Assembly: GCA_040005235.1 (NCBI GenBank) | Contig: JBDTZG010000001.1 | Span: 192,001 to 256,000 of the forward strand | Direction: 5' to 3' | Length of the DNA: 64,000 nucleotides | DNA from: Acidobacteriota bacterium | GTDB lineage: Bacteria; Acidobacteriota; Thermoanaerobaculia; Multivoradales; UBA5704 | Shown here: positions 19,040 to 28,135 of the stretch, in pieces | How the letters are laid out: each line of letters opens with the position of its first letter | How positions within the stretch are numbered: the stretch's first letter is position 1 | The notes under the pieces: generated by a model | Seen by the model: the letters and a program-made list of their open reading frames with translations, nothing else | The model's database searches: none | Told to the model about the DNA's origin: nothing | Translations under genes and position numbers: made by a program

Positions 19040-20701
19040 ATGGCCCTCCCCTCGACCGAACCCCGCCTCGCGCTCGACTACGTGTCGCCCCTGCCGCCGG
19101 TGCGTTCGGGGATCGCCGATTACTCGATGGACCTCCTGCCGAACCTCGCGGCGCGGGCCGACGTGCGGGTTTTCGCCCTGGCCGACCAGCCGGTGGCGCC
19201 GGAGGTGAGCGCGGCCTGGCATCCGGTGCCGACCGATTCGATCGAGCACCCGGTGGGAGAAGGAGGCCGGCTGCCGCTCTACCACATGGGCAACAACCGG
19301 TATCACTTCGAGGTGCTGCGCCTCGCGCTCGAACGTCCCGGCGTGGTGGTGCTGCACGACCTCTTCCTCCATCACCTGCGGCTCGACTCAACCCTCGGCC
19401 GCGAGCGGGGCCGGGAGGATTTCGATCTCTACTGCGAACGGCTGCGCCAAGACGAAGGCTGGATCGGCGAGGCCGCCGCCTTGGTCAAGCGCTGGAGCGC
19501 CTACGGCGAGGCTCCCGTGTTCGCGCTGCCGGCGCGGCGCACGCTGCTCCGGCGCCAGCGCGGCGTGCTGGTCCACGGCGAATGGGCCGCGCGCGAGTTG
19601 CGCGAGGAAGACCCGGGGCTCCGGGTACGCGCGGTGCCGATGGGCATTCCGCTACCGCCCGAAGCCGACGCCGAGGCGGGCCGGCGGTTCCGTGCCCGGT
19701 ACGGTCTGCCGGAGGCGGCGCCGCTGCTCGGCTCGTTCGGTTTCCAGACTCCGATCAAGCGCACCGGCGCGGCGATCGAAGCGCTTGCCGCCCCCGGCCT
19801 CGAACGGGTCCACCTGCTGATCGTCGGCGAATCGTCGGGCCTCGATCTCGACGGGCTGGCGCGCGCGGCGGGGGTCGCCGAGCGGGTCACCCACCTCGGC
19901 TTCCTGCCGTACGACCAGTTCGAGGCGGCGATCGCCGCCTCCGATCTCTGCTTGAACCTCCGCTATCCGACCGCGGGCGAGACTTCGGCCTCGCTGCTCA
20001 GGGTGCTCGCGGTCGGCCGGCCGGCGATCGTTTCGGATTACGCGCAGTTCGCCGAGCTGCCGGAGGAGATCGCGCTCAAGGTACCGCCGGGAGAGGGGGA
20101 GGCCGCGGCCCTCGCGGCGGCGCTCCGGGAGCTGCTCGGCCGACCGGAGCGATTGCGCGCCATGGGAGAGGCGGCGCGCGAGCACGTCCGGACTCACAAC
20201 GATCCGGCGGCGGCGGCGGACGCGATCGTCGCCGCCTGCCTGGAATGGCGTTCGTCCCCGCCGCTTGGAGGTCCGGGGGTCCGAGGAGACGGCGAGGTGC
20301 AAGGGGCCGCGCCGCCGGCACCGACCAGCCTGACCTGGCACGAGTTTCCGGGCGACCTTTCAGTCGAAGGCGCCGAATTGCCGTGGGCGCCCGGCGAACG
20401 CCGCGAGCTGACGATCCGGCTCGCGAACAAGGGCTTTGCCCGCTGGCTCGGCGGCGAGCGCGGGCCGGGAGGTCTGGCGCTGGTGATCAAGCTGTTCGAC
20501 GGCGGCGTGGGGGGCGAGGATCTGCTCTCCGATCGCCACTGGTTGCCGCTGCCGCGCGATCTCGATCCGGGCGAGGAGACGTCGTTTCGAACCGAGATCC
20601 GCCGACCGCCGGGGCCGGCCCGGCTGCGTATCGAGCCGCACCTGTTCGGCAGTCTCGGATTCTCGCGCCTCTCCGGCCCCTGGTGGGAGCGCGACCTGTG
20701 A
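19040..20701 (+). CDS. GT4-family glycosyltransferase with C-terminal Ig-like extension
   Basis: SPLPPVRSGIADYS, YHMGNN, VVLHD and NLRYPTAGETS motifs. Confidence 0.88.
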   Translation: MALPSTEPRLALDYVSPLPPVRSGIADYSMDLLPNLAARADVRVFALADQPVAPEVSAAWHPVPTDSIEHPVGEGGRLPLYHMGNNRYHFEVLRLALERPGVVVLHDLFLHHLRLDSTLGRERGREDFDLYCERLRQDEGWIGEAAALVKRWSAYGEAPVFALPARRTLLRRQRGVLVHGEWAARELREEDPGLRVRAVPMGIPLPPEADAEAGRRFRARYGLPEAAPLLGSFGFQTPIKRTGAAIEALAAPGLERVHLLIVGESSGLDLDGLARAAGVAERVTHLGFLPYDQFEAAIAASDLCLNLRYPTAGETSASLLRVLAVGRPAIVSDYAQFAELPEEIALKVPPGEGEAAALAAALRELLGRPERLRAMGEAAREHVRTHNDPAAAADAIVAACLEWRSSPPLGGPGVRGDGEVQGAAPPAPTSLTWHEFPGDLSVEGAELPWAPGERRELTIRLANKGFARWLGGERGPGGLALVIKLFDGGVGGEDLLSDRHWLPLPRDLDPGEETSFRTEIRRPPGPARLRIEPHLFGSLGFSRLSGPWWERDL

Positions 20702-22584
20702 ACGAGCCCTCACAAACCGGAATGAGTGCCATCGAGCGTTTCGGCTGGGTGGTCCTGTTCGCCTTGCTCGCGGCGGTCCTGGTCGGTACGGCGACGTTTT
20801 CCCGCGCGGGCCGGCCATCTCTGGTCGGCGACGAGGCGACCTACGCCATGCAGGCGGCGTCGCTCGCGTTCGATTTCGACTTGGAGTACAGCCGCGCCGA
20901 CTACGATCGCTTCGTCCGCGAATGGGGTGGCGCTCCGGACGGGCTGATCCTCGAGAGCCGCAACCTGGCCGCGACGTCGAAAGCGCCGCGCGCCCTCACC
21001 TACGGCAAACCGGTCGCCTACGCACTGTTCGCCGCGCCTTTCGTGCGCGCGGCCCCCGTGCGCGGCCCGCTGATCGCCAACGCCCTCGCTTTGGCGCTCG
21101 CGTCATGGCTCGCGGCCCGCACACTCCGGCGGCGCCTCGGCGCCGTGGCGCCGATCTGGGTGGCGGTGTTCGTGTTCGCCTCGGTATCGTTCGGCTATGC
21201 GTTCTGGGTTCACGCCGACCTGTTTCTGTTCGCCGCGGTCGCCGCGGGCTTCGCGGTCGCCTATGGCGGCAACGATTGGGGGGAGTGGGGAGAGAGCCGG
21301 CGCCGCGATACGCCGATGCCGGAGATCTACGAAGGCGAAGAGACGATCCCCGCGAGCCGTACGTTCTGGCGCTTTTTCGCCGCCGGGCTCCTGCTCGCCA
21401 TCCCGGGCTCGTTTCGGCCGTTCTATCTCGTTCTTCTGCTCCCCGCGGCGATGGCCGTGCCGAGATCCAAACGGATGGCCGGCCTCGGCGGTCTCGCGCT
21501 CGGCGCGCTGTTGCTGCTCGGCGGCGTAGGGACGATCCAGGTGGCGGCCGGCGGCAGTTTTACCGGTTACGGCGGCGAGCGGCAAGGTTTCTACCCGCGC
21601 ACCGGTTATCCGGAGGTGGATTTTCCCGCGAGCGATTGGGAACGCTCGATCAAAAGATGGGGCAATACCTCGTGGACGCAGGAAGGGGCGATCACCCCGA
21701 GCCCGGATCTCAAGCTTTGGGGCTGGAACGCGATCTATTTGTTGATCGGCGAAAACATTGGCGTCGTCCCCTACTTCTTGCCGATTCTTCTCGCGCTCTT
21801 CGCCTACTCCGGCGACCGGGGGCGACGGGCGATCCCGCTCGCGGTGGCGGTCGCCGCGCTCTGCTTCCTCGCGATCCGGCCGTTCAATTTCTACGGCGGC
21901 GGCGGGGCGATCGGCAATCGCTATTTCCTGCCGCTCTATCCCGCGCTCTGGTTTCTCGCCGGCCGACCGCTCCGAGGCCGCGCGGGAATCGGCGCGGCAG
22001 CGCTGATCGCGGCCCTGGCCGCCCCTTTCCTCTGGCCGCTCTGGACCCATCCGCGGGCGTTTCCGATCGCGCCGGACGGCCGCTATGCCCATACCTCCGC
22101 GATCGCCCGCGAGCTGTTGCCTTACGAGACCACGCAGAGCCACGTCCCCGGCGGCCAGGATCTGTCCGCCCACGGCCTCTGGCTCAAGTTTCTGGACGGA
22201 CCGGCGGGCCAACGCGACGGCCGCGCCTACGTCGAGGGTGACGGCAAAGGCGAGATCCTCCTCGGCAGCCCGAAGCCGCTCTCTTCCGTCCTCGTCGATC
22301 TCGCGCCGAACGCCCCGAGCACGCTCGAAGTGAGCGGTGGAACGTTCGGCGAAAAGATCCTCCGGCCGGATGGCGGCATCGCCTACTTTGTCCACCTGAA
22401 CAGCCCGCGCGCGGTCCACCCCATGTGGTGGACCGACGACCCTTGGAGCCTTTATCGCCTCTCGCTCCAGCTGCCCGGGGGTAAAGGAAAGATCGGCTTC
22501 GACCTCGAACCCGCCGAAGAGGAAGGCGGCCAAGAGCAGAAAGGCCCGTTCATCATTCATCGCCACACACCGGGTCCGGGGTAG
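20698..22584 (+). CDS. Multi-pass membrane protein, GT-C/PMT-like glycosyltransferase candidate
   Basis: GTG overlaps the upstream stop. GDEATY acidic motif after the first TM, many TM segments, GGGAIGNRYFLPLYP. Confidence 0.65.
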   Translation: MNEPSQTGMSAIERFGWVVLFALLAAVLVGTATFSRAGRPSLVGDEATYAMQAASLAFDFDLEYSRADYDRFVREWGGAPDGLILESRNLAATSKAPRALTYGKPVAYALFAAPFVRAAPVRGPLIANALALALASWLAARTLRRRLGAVAPIWVAVFVFASVSFGYAFWVHADLFLFAAVAAGFAVAYGGNDWGEWGESRRRDTPMPEIYEGEETIPASRTFWRFFAAGLLLAIPGSFRPFYLVLLLPAAMAVPRSKRMAGLGGLALGALLLLGGVGTIQVAAGGSFTGYGGERQGFYPRTGYPEVDFPASDWERSIKRWGNTSWTQEGAITPSPDLKLWGWNAIYLLIGENIGVVPYFLPILLALFAYSGDRGRRAIPLAVAVAALCFLAIRPFNFYGGGGAIGNRYFLPLYPALWFLAGRPLRGRAGIGAAALIAALAAPFLWPLWTHPRAFPIAPDGRYAHTSAIARELLPYETTQSHVPGGQDLSAHGLWLKFLDGPAGQRDGRAYVEGDGKGEILLGSPKPLSSVLVDLAPNAPSTLEVSGGTFGEKILRPDGGIAYFVHLNSPRAVHPMWWTDDPWSLYRLSLQLPGGKGKIGFDLEPAEEEGGQEQKGPFIIHRHTPGPG

Positions 22585-22670
22585 GCCGGGCGCTGTGGGA
22601 GCTTCAGATCTCTCCCGTGCCCTGGGCTTCGGTCTTCGGTGGTAGCCTCGGCTCAAAGGGGAGGATTGAA

Positions 22671-23159
22671 ATGTATCCAGCGGAAAATAAGAATTGGTGG
22701 GGGCGGAATTGGAAGTGGTTCGTTCCCACCGGCTGCATGACCCTGATTTTGCTGGTGGGGGGCTGCTTCGGCTCGGTTCTCATGGTGGCTTTCACCGCAA
22801 TGAAATCGTCCGATGTCTACAAGGACGCGCTCGTCAGAGCCCAGGCCGATCCGGAAGTCGTCGCGGCGTTGGGCAGCCCGATCACGACCGGTTTTTTCAC
22901 CAGCGGCAGCATCAACACCAGCGGTCCCACCGGGGACGCCGCCTTTTCGATCCCCCTCTCCGGCCCCAAGGGTAAAGGCACCATCCAGCTCGAAGCCAAG
23001 AAGTCCGCCGGGGAATGGACTTTCACCACCCTGGTGGTCGATGTGAAGAATCCGCCCCAGCGAATCGATCTTCTGGCGAAGTCCCAGAAGGAAGAACCCG
23101 CGGAGGAAGAGCCCGCGCCGGACCAACCCGAGCAGAGCGACTCTGCGCCGAATACCTGA
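22671..23159 (+). CDS. Cytochrome oxidase assembly Coa1-family protein
   Basis: NWWGRNWKWFVP, one TM, then SDVYKDAL..A..DPEV..ALGSPI, IPLSGPKGKG. RBS GGGAGG before ATG 22671. Confidence 0.75.
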   Translation: MYPAENKNWWGRNWKWFVPTGCMTLILLVGGCFGSVLMVAFTAMKSSDVYKDALVRAQADPEVVAALGSPITTGFFTSGSINTSGPTGDAAFSIPLSGPKGKGTIQLEAKKSAGEWTFTTLVVDVKNPPQRIDLLAKSQKEEPAEEEPAPDQPEQSDSAPNT

Positions 23160-23229
23160 GGCGGGATCGTCTCTAGGTCTTCGATTCCTGTCACCGTAGA
23201 AGCGCCGGCCGCTAGTCGCGGGGGCGCTT

Positions 23230-24396
23230 TTACGCGGCCGGGGCCGACGGGGCGAGCCCCTGATTCGGAAGCAGGCCGCGGAGAAAACCCTCGCCGGGGA
23301 GGCACCAGATACCGTCGATACGCAGCCGCTCCGTGCCGCGATAGATCAGCAGGGCCTCGGCTTCCGGATAGTCTTCGCGGAAGGCCCGCAACGCCCGCAG
23401 ATCCTGCGGCCGAACGCGCGTCGTGTTTTTGACCTCGATAGCCGAGAAGCCGCTTGGGCCGTAGACCACGAAATCCACTTCGACGCCCTTTCGGGTGCGC
23501 CAGAAATAGAGCTTGGAGTCGATTTCCGAATAGGCGATCCACGCCCGCAGATGTTGCGCGACGAGCCCTTCGAATGCTGCACCTTCGATCTCCTCGTCGC
23601 GGTCGAGGGGACCTCGCGGACGCAGCGATCGGTAGACCCCCGCGTCGAAGAGGTAGAACTTGGGATGACTTGCGGTCCGGCGCTGCGCGCGGCGGGTGAA
23701 GACCGGCACGTGGAATGCCAGCAGGAGATCCTCCAAAACTTCGAGATAGCGCGCCACGGTACGGCGCTCCACCTCGCACTCCCGCGCCACCTCGGTGGTG
23801 TTGAGGATCGAACCGTGGGAGAAGGTCACGGCCTCCAGGAAACGCGCGAAACTCCCGGCGTCGCGAGCCCAGCCTTCGAGTCGAACCTCCTGATCGAGAT
23901 AGAGCGATGCGTAGGAGTCGAGAACCTCCGTCGGCCGAGGCGCCGCCCACACGAGGGGAAGCATCCCCTGGACAAGCGCCCGGTCCAGCGCGAAGCTGGG
24001 GAGCTCAGCCGCCATGAAGGGATGCAGGGTCCGGTTGAGTGCCCGGCCCGCCAGCAGGTCCACCCCGCCGCGGCGCAGCTTGCGCGCGCTTGATCCCGTC
24101 AGCACGAAACGCCGTTCCTGGCGTTCCTCGATCAAAGAATGCACGACGCTCAGCAGCTCGGGGACCCGCTGCACCTCGTCGAGGATCACCACCTCCGCGT
24201 GCGGCGAACCGGCGACGATCTCCGCCAACCGTTCGGGACGGGCGTCGAGAGCGCGATGTACCTCCGGCTTGAGCAGATCGATCAGCAGCGCGTTGGGGAA
24301 GACCTGCCGCAGCAAGGTCGATTTGCCGGTTCCTCGCGGTCCGAAAAGGAAGAAGCTCTGGTCAGGAAGGGGGAAAAACCGGCGCAGGATATCCAT
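23230..24396 (-). CDS. AAA_14 ATPase with DUF4143 / PD-(D/E)xK-like C-terminus
   Basis: Walker A GPRGTGKST, Walker B LDEVQ, LTGSSAR, LAGRA, EVDFV...AIEVK. ATG at 24396 preferred over TTG at 24408. Confidence 0.9.
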   Translation of the reverse strand: MDILRRFFPLPDQSFFLFGPRGTGKSTLLRQVFPNALLIDLLKPEVHRALDARPERLAEIVAGSPHAEVVILDEVQRVPELLSVVHSLIEERQERRFVLTGSSARKLRRGGVDLLAGRALNRTLHPFMAAELPSFALDRALVQGMLPLVWAAPRPTEVLDSYASLYLDQEVRLEGWARDAGSFARFLEAVTFSHGSILNTTEVARECEVERRTVARYLEVLEDLLLAFHVPVFTRRAQRRTASHPKFYLFDAGVYRSLRPRGPLDRDEEIEGAAFEGLVAQHLRAWIAYSEIDSKLYFWRTRKGVEVDFVVYGPSGFSAIEVKNTTRVRPQDLRALRAFREDYPEAEALLIYRGTERLRIDGIWCLPGEGFLRGLLPNQGLAPSAPAA

Positions 24397-24433
24397 TTTG
24401 CGGCTCAAATCGGAATTGGCAAGTCCATTTTGC
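24392..24433 (-). promoter_or_regulatory. Candidate sigma70 promoter flanked by direct repeats GCAAAATGGA
   Basis: Minus strand reads GCAAAATGGA-c-TTGCCA-N16-CAAAAT; the second GCAAAATGGA contains the candidate ATG. Confidence 0.4.
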
Positions 24434-24525
24434 CCCCTTGGGGGACAGGTGTCAACCCGAGATCCCCGGAGATGGCTGCTTCAAATGACGGGGAAGGGCG
24501 ACGGAGGCCGCCGAGGTGCCGGTCA

Positions 24526-25176
24526 TCAGGCCGGGCGTTCGTCATCCCCGAATTGAGCGGCCTGCCACAGGTCCTGGAATTTCTCGCGCACGTAGGGATT
24601 GAGTGACAGAGCGAAGTTTTCATCGACCGCGTTTTGCCGGATCAGCTCGATCACGTCCGCGAGATCTCTCAGCCGGTGCGGAGCGGTCATGCCGGAGGCC
24701 AACTTCAGCTCGATCAGGGTCGCGAGAGGCAGCAACGCGAAACGCTCGCCGCGCACGGCCGCTTTCAGTGGATCGGGGAATGCAACGGGCTTTTCCTTGC
24801 CGTCTCCGGGAAAATCGCCGGTGAGCAACACGTCGATGTCGACGTTCTCGGTGGCGTCCCGCAGCCCTCTGCTTCCGGGGAATTTCTCTACGTAACCGCG
24901 TCCGAGATAAGCCTTTTTGAAAGCTTCCAGATCCTCGCGGCGCAGCAAGACGTCGACGTCGCTGGTAGTCCGTTGGTAGCCGTAGGCATTGAGAGATAAT
25001 GCGCCGACGATCGCATAGGGAATCTTCAGCGCCGTCAGACGATCCACCAGACGCGTGAGCGCCCCATGCACATTGGACTTGTTCATGAAAAACCTGCCCG
25101 CTTCCCGGGCGCCTTCCACAAACCGCTCTTCGACTTGATGGCTAAGTCGGTCGATTCGGGGCGGTGAGCAATCCAC
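24526..25176 (-). CDS. Predicted nucleotidyltransferase (DNA pol beta superfamily; DUF6036/AbiEii-like)
   Basis: YAIVGALSLNAYGYQRTTSDVDVLL (G..A..R.T.DxD), IDVL, LIELKL, RDLADV. Start uncertain. Confidence 0.7.
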   Translation of the reverse strand: MDCSPPRIDRLSHQVEERFVEGAREAGRFFMNKSNVHGALTRLVDRLTALKIPYAIVGALSLNAYGYQRTTSDVDVLLRREDLEAFKKAYLGRGYVEKFPGSRGLRDATENVDIDVLLTGDFPGDGKEKPVAFPDPLKAAVRGERFALLPLATLIELKLASGMTAPHRLRDLADVIELIRQNAVDENFALSLNPYVREKFQDLWQAAQFGDDERPA

Positions 25177-25290
25177 GGGAATCCTCTCGTCGGCATTCTA
25201 GCCGCAATGCCGTTTAGGAGCCCAATCTGGGCTGTCCACTTTATCTCTCAGATCTGCGATCGGGATCGCCCAGCCAGTGCGACGAAAACG

Positions 25291-25323
25291 AGAAAAGGCC
25301 GGCGGCACCCAGCCGCCGGCCTT
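25291..25323 (-). terminator. Intrinsic terminator
   Basis: AAGGCCGGCGGC-accca-GCCGCCGGCCTT stem with a short T-tract on the minus strand, just after the stop at 25356. Confidence 0.75.
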
Positions 25324-25355
25324 CCAACCTTCATCCCACCCAACAGGCCGGTCGC

Positions 25356-26438
25356 CTAAGGCGTGAAGCCTTCACGGTCGACCAGGCCGTTCAAAACGTC
25401 GCTGTTCTGCGAGACGCCTTCGAGGTTGTAGTAGTTGATCGGTCCGCCCGACGTCTTCTGGATCCAAAGCTCGACGCGGGAGGTGGTGAAGCGGATCACC
25501 TCAGGCCAGAGGAAGCCGTTCGGGCGCGGGCCGATGATGCGGACGAAGATCTCCGAGCGGGTCGCGATGGCGCCTGCGAGGCAGAGCGTCTCCGGCACGC
25601 AATCGGTGACTTTCGTTGCGATGCGGCTGTTGTCGATCCGAGACTTGAATTGGAAGCCCGGCAGCGCGGTCGTGGTCAGCCACGGTCCGTCGGGCGGGAG
25701 GGGATCGGGTCCGCCGGTGGGGGTGAACTCGGCGCGGAACATTACCGCCCGGTCGGTGGCAAAGGTATCGGTGATCGGTTGCCAGCTGGTCGCGCCGTCG
25801 ACCGATTGGAAGACCTTGGCGAGCGGAGTTCCCGCGCTTTCGTCGGCGCAAACGAACAGCGCCTGATTGGCAACCCCATCCCACTGCACGCCGACGTATG
25901 CGCCTCCCGATCCGAGTTGCAGGCCCAGGTTCGTGCAATCCTCCCCAACGAAGCTGCTGTTGAACGCGGAGCCGATGCCCACCGAAGAGGGCACGCTTCC
26001 GAGGAAGCTGCCGGGCGTTCCGTTGGGGCCATCGTCATCATAGATGAGGAAGTTGAACGACATCGCGGAGGGGCTGCTGCCGGTCAACCAACAGGCGCAG
26101 ACACGCGAGAGCGTCGATGGGTAGCTTGGCGGGGCCAGCCGCTGCACCACGCGAATGTCCGGCGCGGCGACCCGATAGCCCTCCTCGATGCTCCCATCGT
26201 CCGCGGCGACTCCGCCGCTGCAGGTCGGGCCGGCTTGGGGGAGGTAGGGGGACCCGCCTCGAAGATCGGTGAATCGAAAAGCGCTTTGGGCGTAAACGCC
26301 CGTGGAAGAGAGCAGAATCGCCACTCCGAGGCCGAGCAAGGTCGACGCGGGACGCGTCGACCGCTGGGAGAATTCGGCAAGGTTTTTTTGGGATGGGCTC
26401 CCAGAGTGGTCATTTTTTCCGACTGCATTGGTGTTCAT
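25356..26438 (-). CDS. Secreted protein with distinctive ~115-aa C-terminal domain
   Basis: Signal-like LLGLGVAILLSSTGVYA, Cys-containing beta-rich core, Pro-rich linker, then GPWLTT...CVPETLC...GPRPNGFLWP...DREGFTP. Confidence 0.75.
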   Translation of the reverse strand: MNTNAVGKNDHSGSPSQKNLAEFSQRSTRPASTLLGLGVAILLSSTGVYAQSAFRFTDLRGGSPYLPQAGPTCSGGVAADDGSIEEGYRVAAPDIRVVQRLAPPSYPSTLSRVCACWLTGSSPSAMSFNFLIYDDDGPNGTPGSFLGSVPSSVGIGSAFNSSFVGEDCTNLGLQLGSGGAYVGVQWDGVANQALFVCADESAGTPLAKVFQSVDGATSWQPITDTFATDRAVMFRAEFTPTGGPDPLPPDGPWLTTTALPGFQFKSRIDNSRIATKVTDCVPETLCLAGAIATRSEIFVRIIGPRPNGFLWPEVIRFTTSRVELWIQKTSGGPINYYNLEGVSQNSDVLNGLVDREGFTP

Positions 26439-26537
26439 AGGGGTACTCCTCCTTTGCGGTCCTCTGAAAGTGCAAGGCGGGTGCCGTGGAATCGATCGGC
26501 TTCCCAGGGGCCGGCCGAGACTGCCAGACTGGAACCC

Positions 26538-27053
26538 ATGGGCAACCTCTCGATCGCGCTCGCCGCGCCTGCCGACGCTCCGGCCCTCGCCGCTCTGCAT
26601 ACGGCGGTGGCGGAGCGGCTGACCCGCGACTTCGGCCAAGGACATTGGTCCTCGGTGGTGACGGAAAAAGGCGTGCTGCGCAACATGGACCACAACCGGG
26701 TGCTCGTGGCTCGAGATAGAGACCGCCTGGTGGGCACGCTCAGCCTGGTCAACAAGAAACCTTGGGCCATCGATCCGGCGCATTTCACCGCCGTGCGCCG
26801 GCCGCTTTATCTTCTGAACATGGCCGTCGAACCTGCCGTGCAACGAAGAGGTATCGGGCGATATCTGGTCGAAGAGGCGAAGGCGGCGGCGCGAGCCTGG
26901 CCGGCGGAGGCGATCCGTCTCGACGCCTACGACGCCGAGGCCGGAGCGGGCACCTTTTACGCCAAGTGCGGATTTGGCGAAAGGGGCAGGGTGGTCTACC
27001 GGAACGTGCCGCTGGCCTATTACGAGTTGCTGCTCGATAAGGCGGGGATTTGA
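26538..27053 (+). CDS. GNAT-family N-acetyltransferase
   Basis: MAVEPAVQRRGIGRYL (motif A), IRLDAY, FYAKCGF. Confidence 0.88.
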   Translation: MGNLSIALAAPADAPALAALHTAVAERLTRDFGQGHWSSVVTEKGVLRNMDHNRVLVARDRDRLVGTLSLVNKKPWAIDPAHFTAVRRPLYLLNMAVEPAVQRRGIGRYLVEEAKAAARAWPAEAIRLDAYDAEAGAGTFYAKCGFGERGRVVYRNVPLAYYELLLDKAGI

Positions 27054-27364
27054 GAATCCCCGCCCGATTCGGCGTGTTCGTCCGTCGGATTCGCCAGGAA
27101 ATCCTCCATCAGCTTCGACTCCTGGTCGCGCAAGGAGGGCAGAACATTTTCGAGCCCGGCCGCGCCGCTCACGTAGGTTTCTTTCTTGCCGTCGACTGCC
27201 AAGCGCTCCCAGAGTCCGGTGGAGACTTCCGTCCAACCCTGTGCTGCGAGATCCTTGCTAACCGATCCGTCGGTAACGGTCAACGAGAAGTCTCCGGCGA
27301 AGCTACAGACTGAAGAGGAGAGGCAGAGCAGGCCAGCGAGCGAGGCGATCTTCCAAAATTTCAT
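27020..27364 (-). CDS. Small secreted protein, possibly C-terminally truncated
   Basis: Clear signal peptide MKFWKIASLAGLLCLSSSVCSFA with GGAGG RBS. The 3' end overlaps the convergent GNAT gene. Confidence 0.5.
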   Translation of the reverse strand: MKFWKIASLAGLLCLSSSVCSFAGDFSLTVTDGSVSKDLAAQGWTEVSTGLWERLAVDGKKETYVSGAAGLENVLPSLRDQESKLMEDFLANPTDEHAESGGDSQIPALSSSNS

Positions 27365-27464
27365 CCGAAATCCTCCGAAGTGGCGGCGGGGAACATCCGC
27401 GCCTCCAACTAACGGAGTGCATCGAGTCGGAAATGTGGACCCCGGGGAGCGCGATCAGAGGCGA

Positions 27465-28118
27465 TCAAAGGCGATCGAGGTCGACGTTCGGAGCCAGGCG
27501 AACAGCGGCCGGCCGCCGGACTTCGCGCGCACGGACGATGTAACGCTGGGGGGCCGCGCCGATGTAGTGGAAGGGGTAGCAGGTCACCAGCGTGAGCGTG
27601 GGGGAGGAGCCCGGGGCGAGCACGCCGATCTCGGTGGGCTCGACGATGCGGAGGTCCTCGACGAGGTAGTCGTAGGTTCCGTCGGTCGTGACGAGCTGAA
27701 TCGGATCGGCGAGCTTCAGCTTCGCGAGGCCGCGAAAGAAGGTGTCGCGGTGGCCGGCAAGCGCGACGTTGCCGGACTCGCCCGGCAGTGCGGTGTTCGG
27801 GATGTGGCCGATGGCGCGATTCAGGAGCGGATCGTCGACTCCCTCGGCGACGATCGCATCGATTTCGGCCGTGGGGATGGTCAAGCGGCCGATCACTTCG
27901 GAGGCGGCCGGTTTCCGCTCGTGCGAGGCGGGAGTCAAACCCTGCGAGACGGCGTTCTTTGCCGCCGTCGCGAGCCGGACGGTTTCGATGCGCTGATAGG
28001 CGAGGCGGTCGAGCTCGACCCAGGACACGTAGCCCAACGCCAGAAAGGCGACTAGGAACAGTGCCCGTTCGAAAGAACGGGCACCGCTCCGAATCGCCTC
28101 GCTGGGTGAGATCAGCAT
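27465..28118 (-). CDS. Sortase (class D-like)
   Basis: N-terminal anchor, LAGHRDT (His), TLVTCYPF (Cys), QRYIV (Arg). Confidence 0.93.
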   Translation of the reverse strand: MLISPSEAIRSGARSFERALFLVAFLALGYVSWVELDRLAYQRIETVRLATAAKNAVSQGLTPASHERKPAASEVIGRLTIPTAEIDAIVAEGVDDPLLNRAIGHIPNTALPGESGNVALAGHRDTFFRGLAKLKLADPIQLVTTDGTYDYLVEDLRIVEPTEIGVLAPGSSPTLTLVTCYPFHYIGAAPQRYIVRAREVRRPAAVRLAPNVDLDRL

Positions 28119-28135
28119 TGGGGGGAACCGTTTGG

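Noticed and set aside
18985-20697. N-terminal half of the 1199-aa ORF
   Set aside because: Overlaps the GT4 gene in another frame; the real gene starts near 20698. The ORFs 25356-27236, 29089-31341, 31112-33967, 39402-41606, 46407-48467 and 50780-53353 are similarly over-extended.
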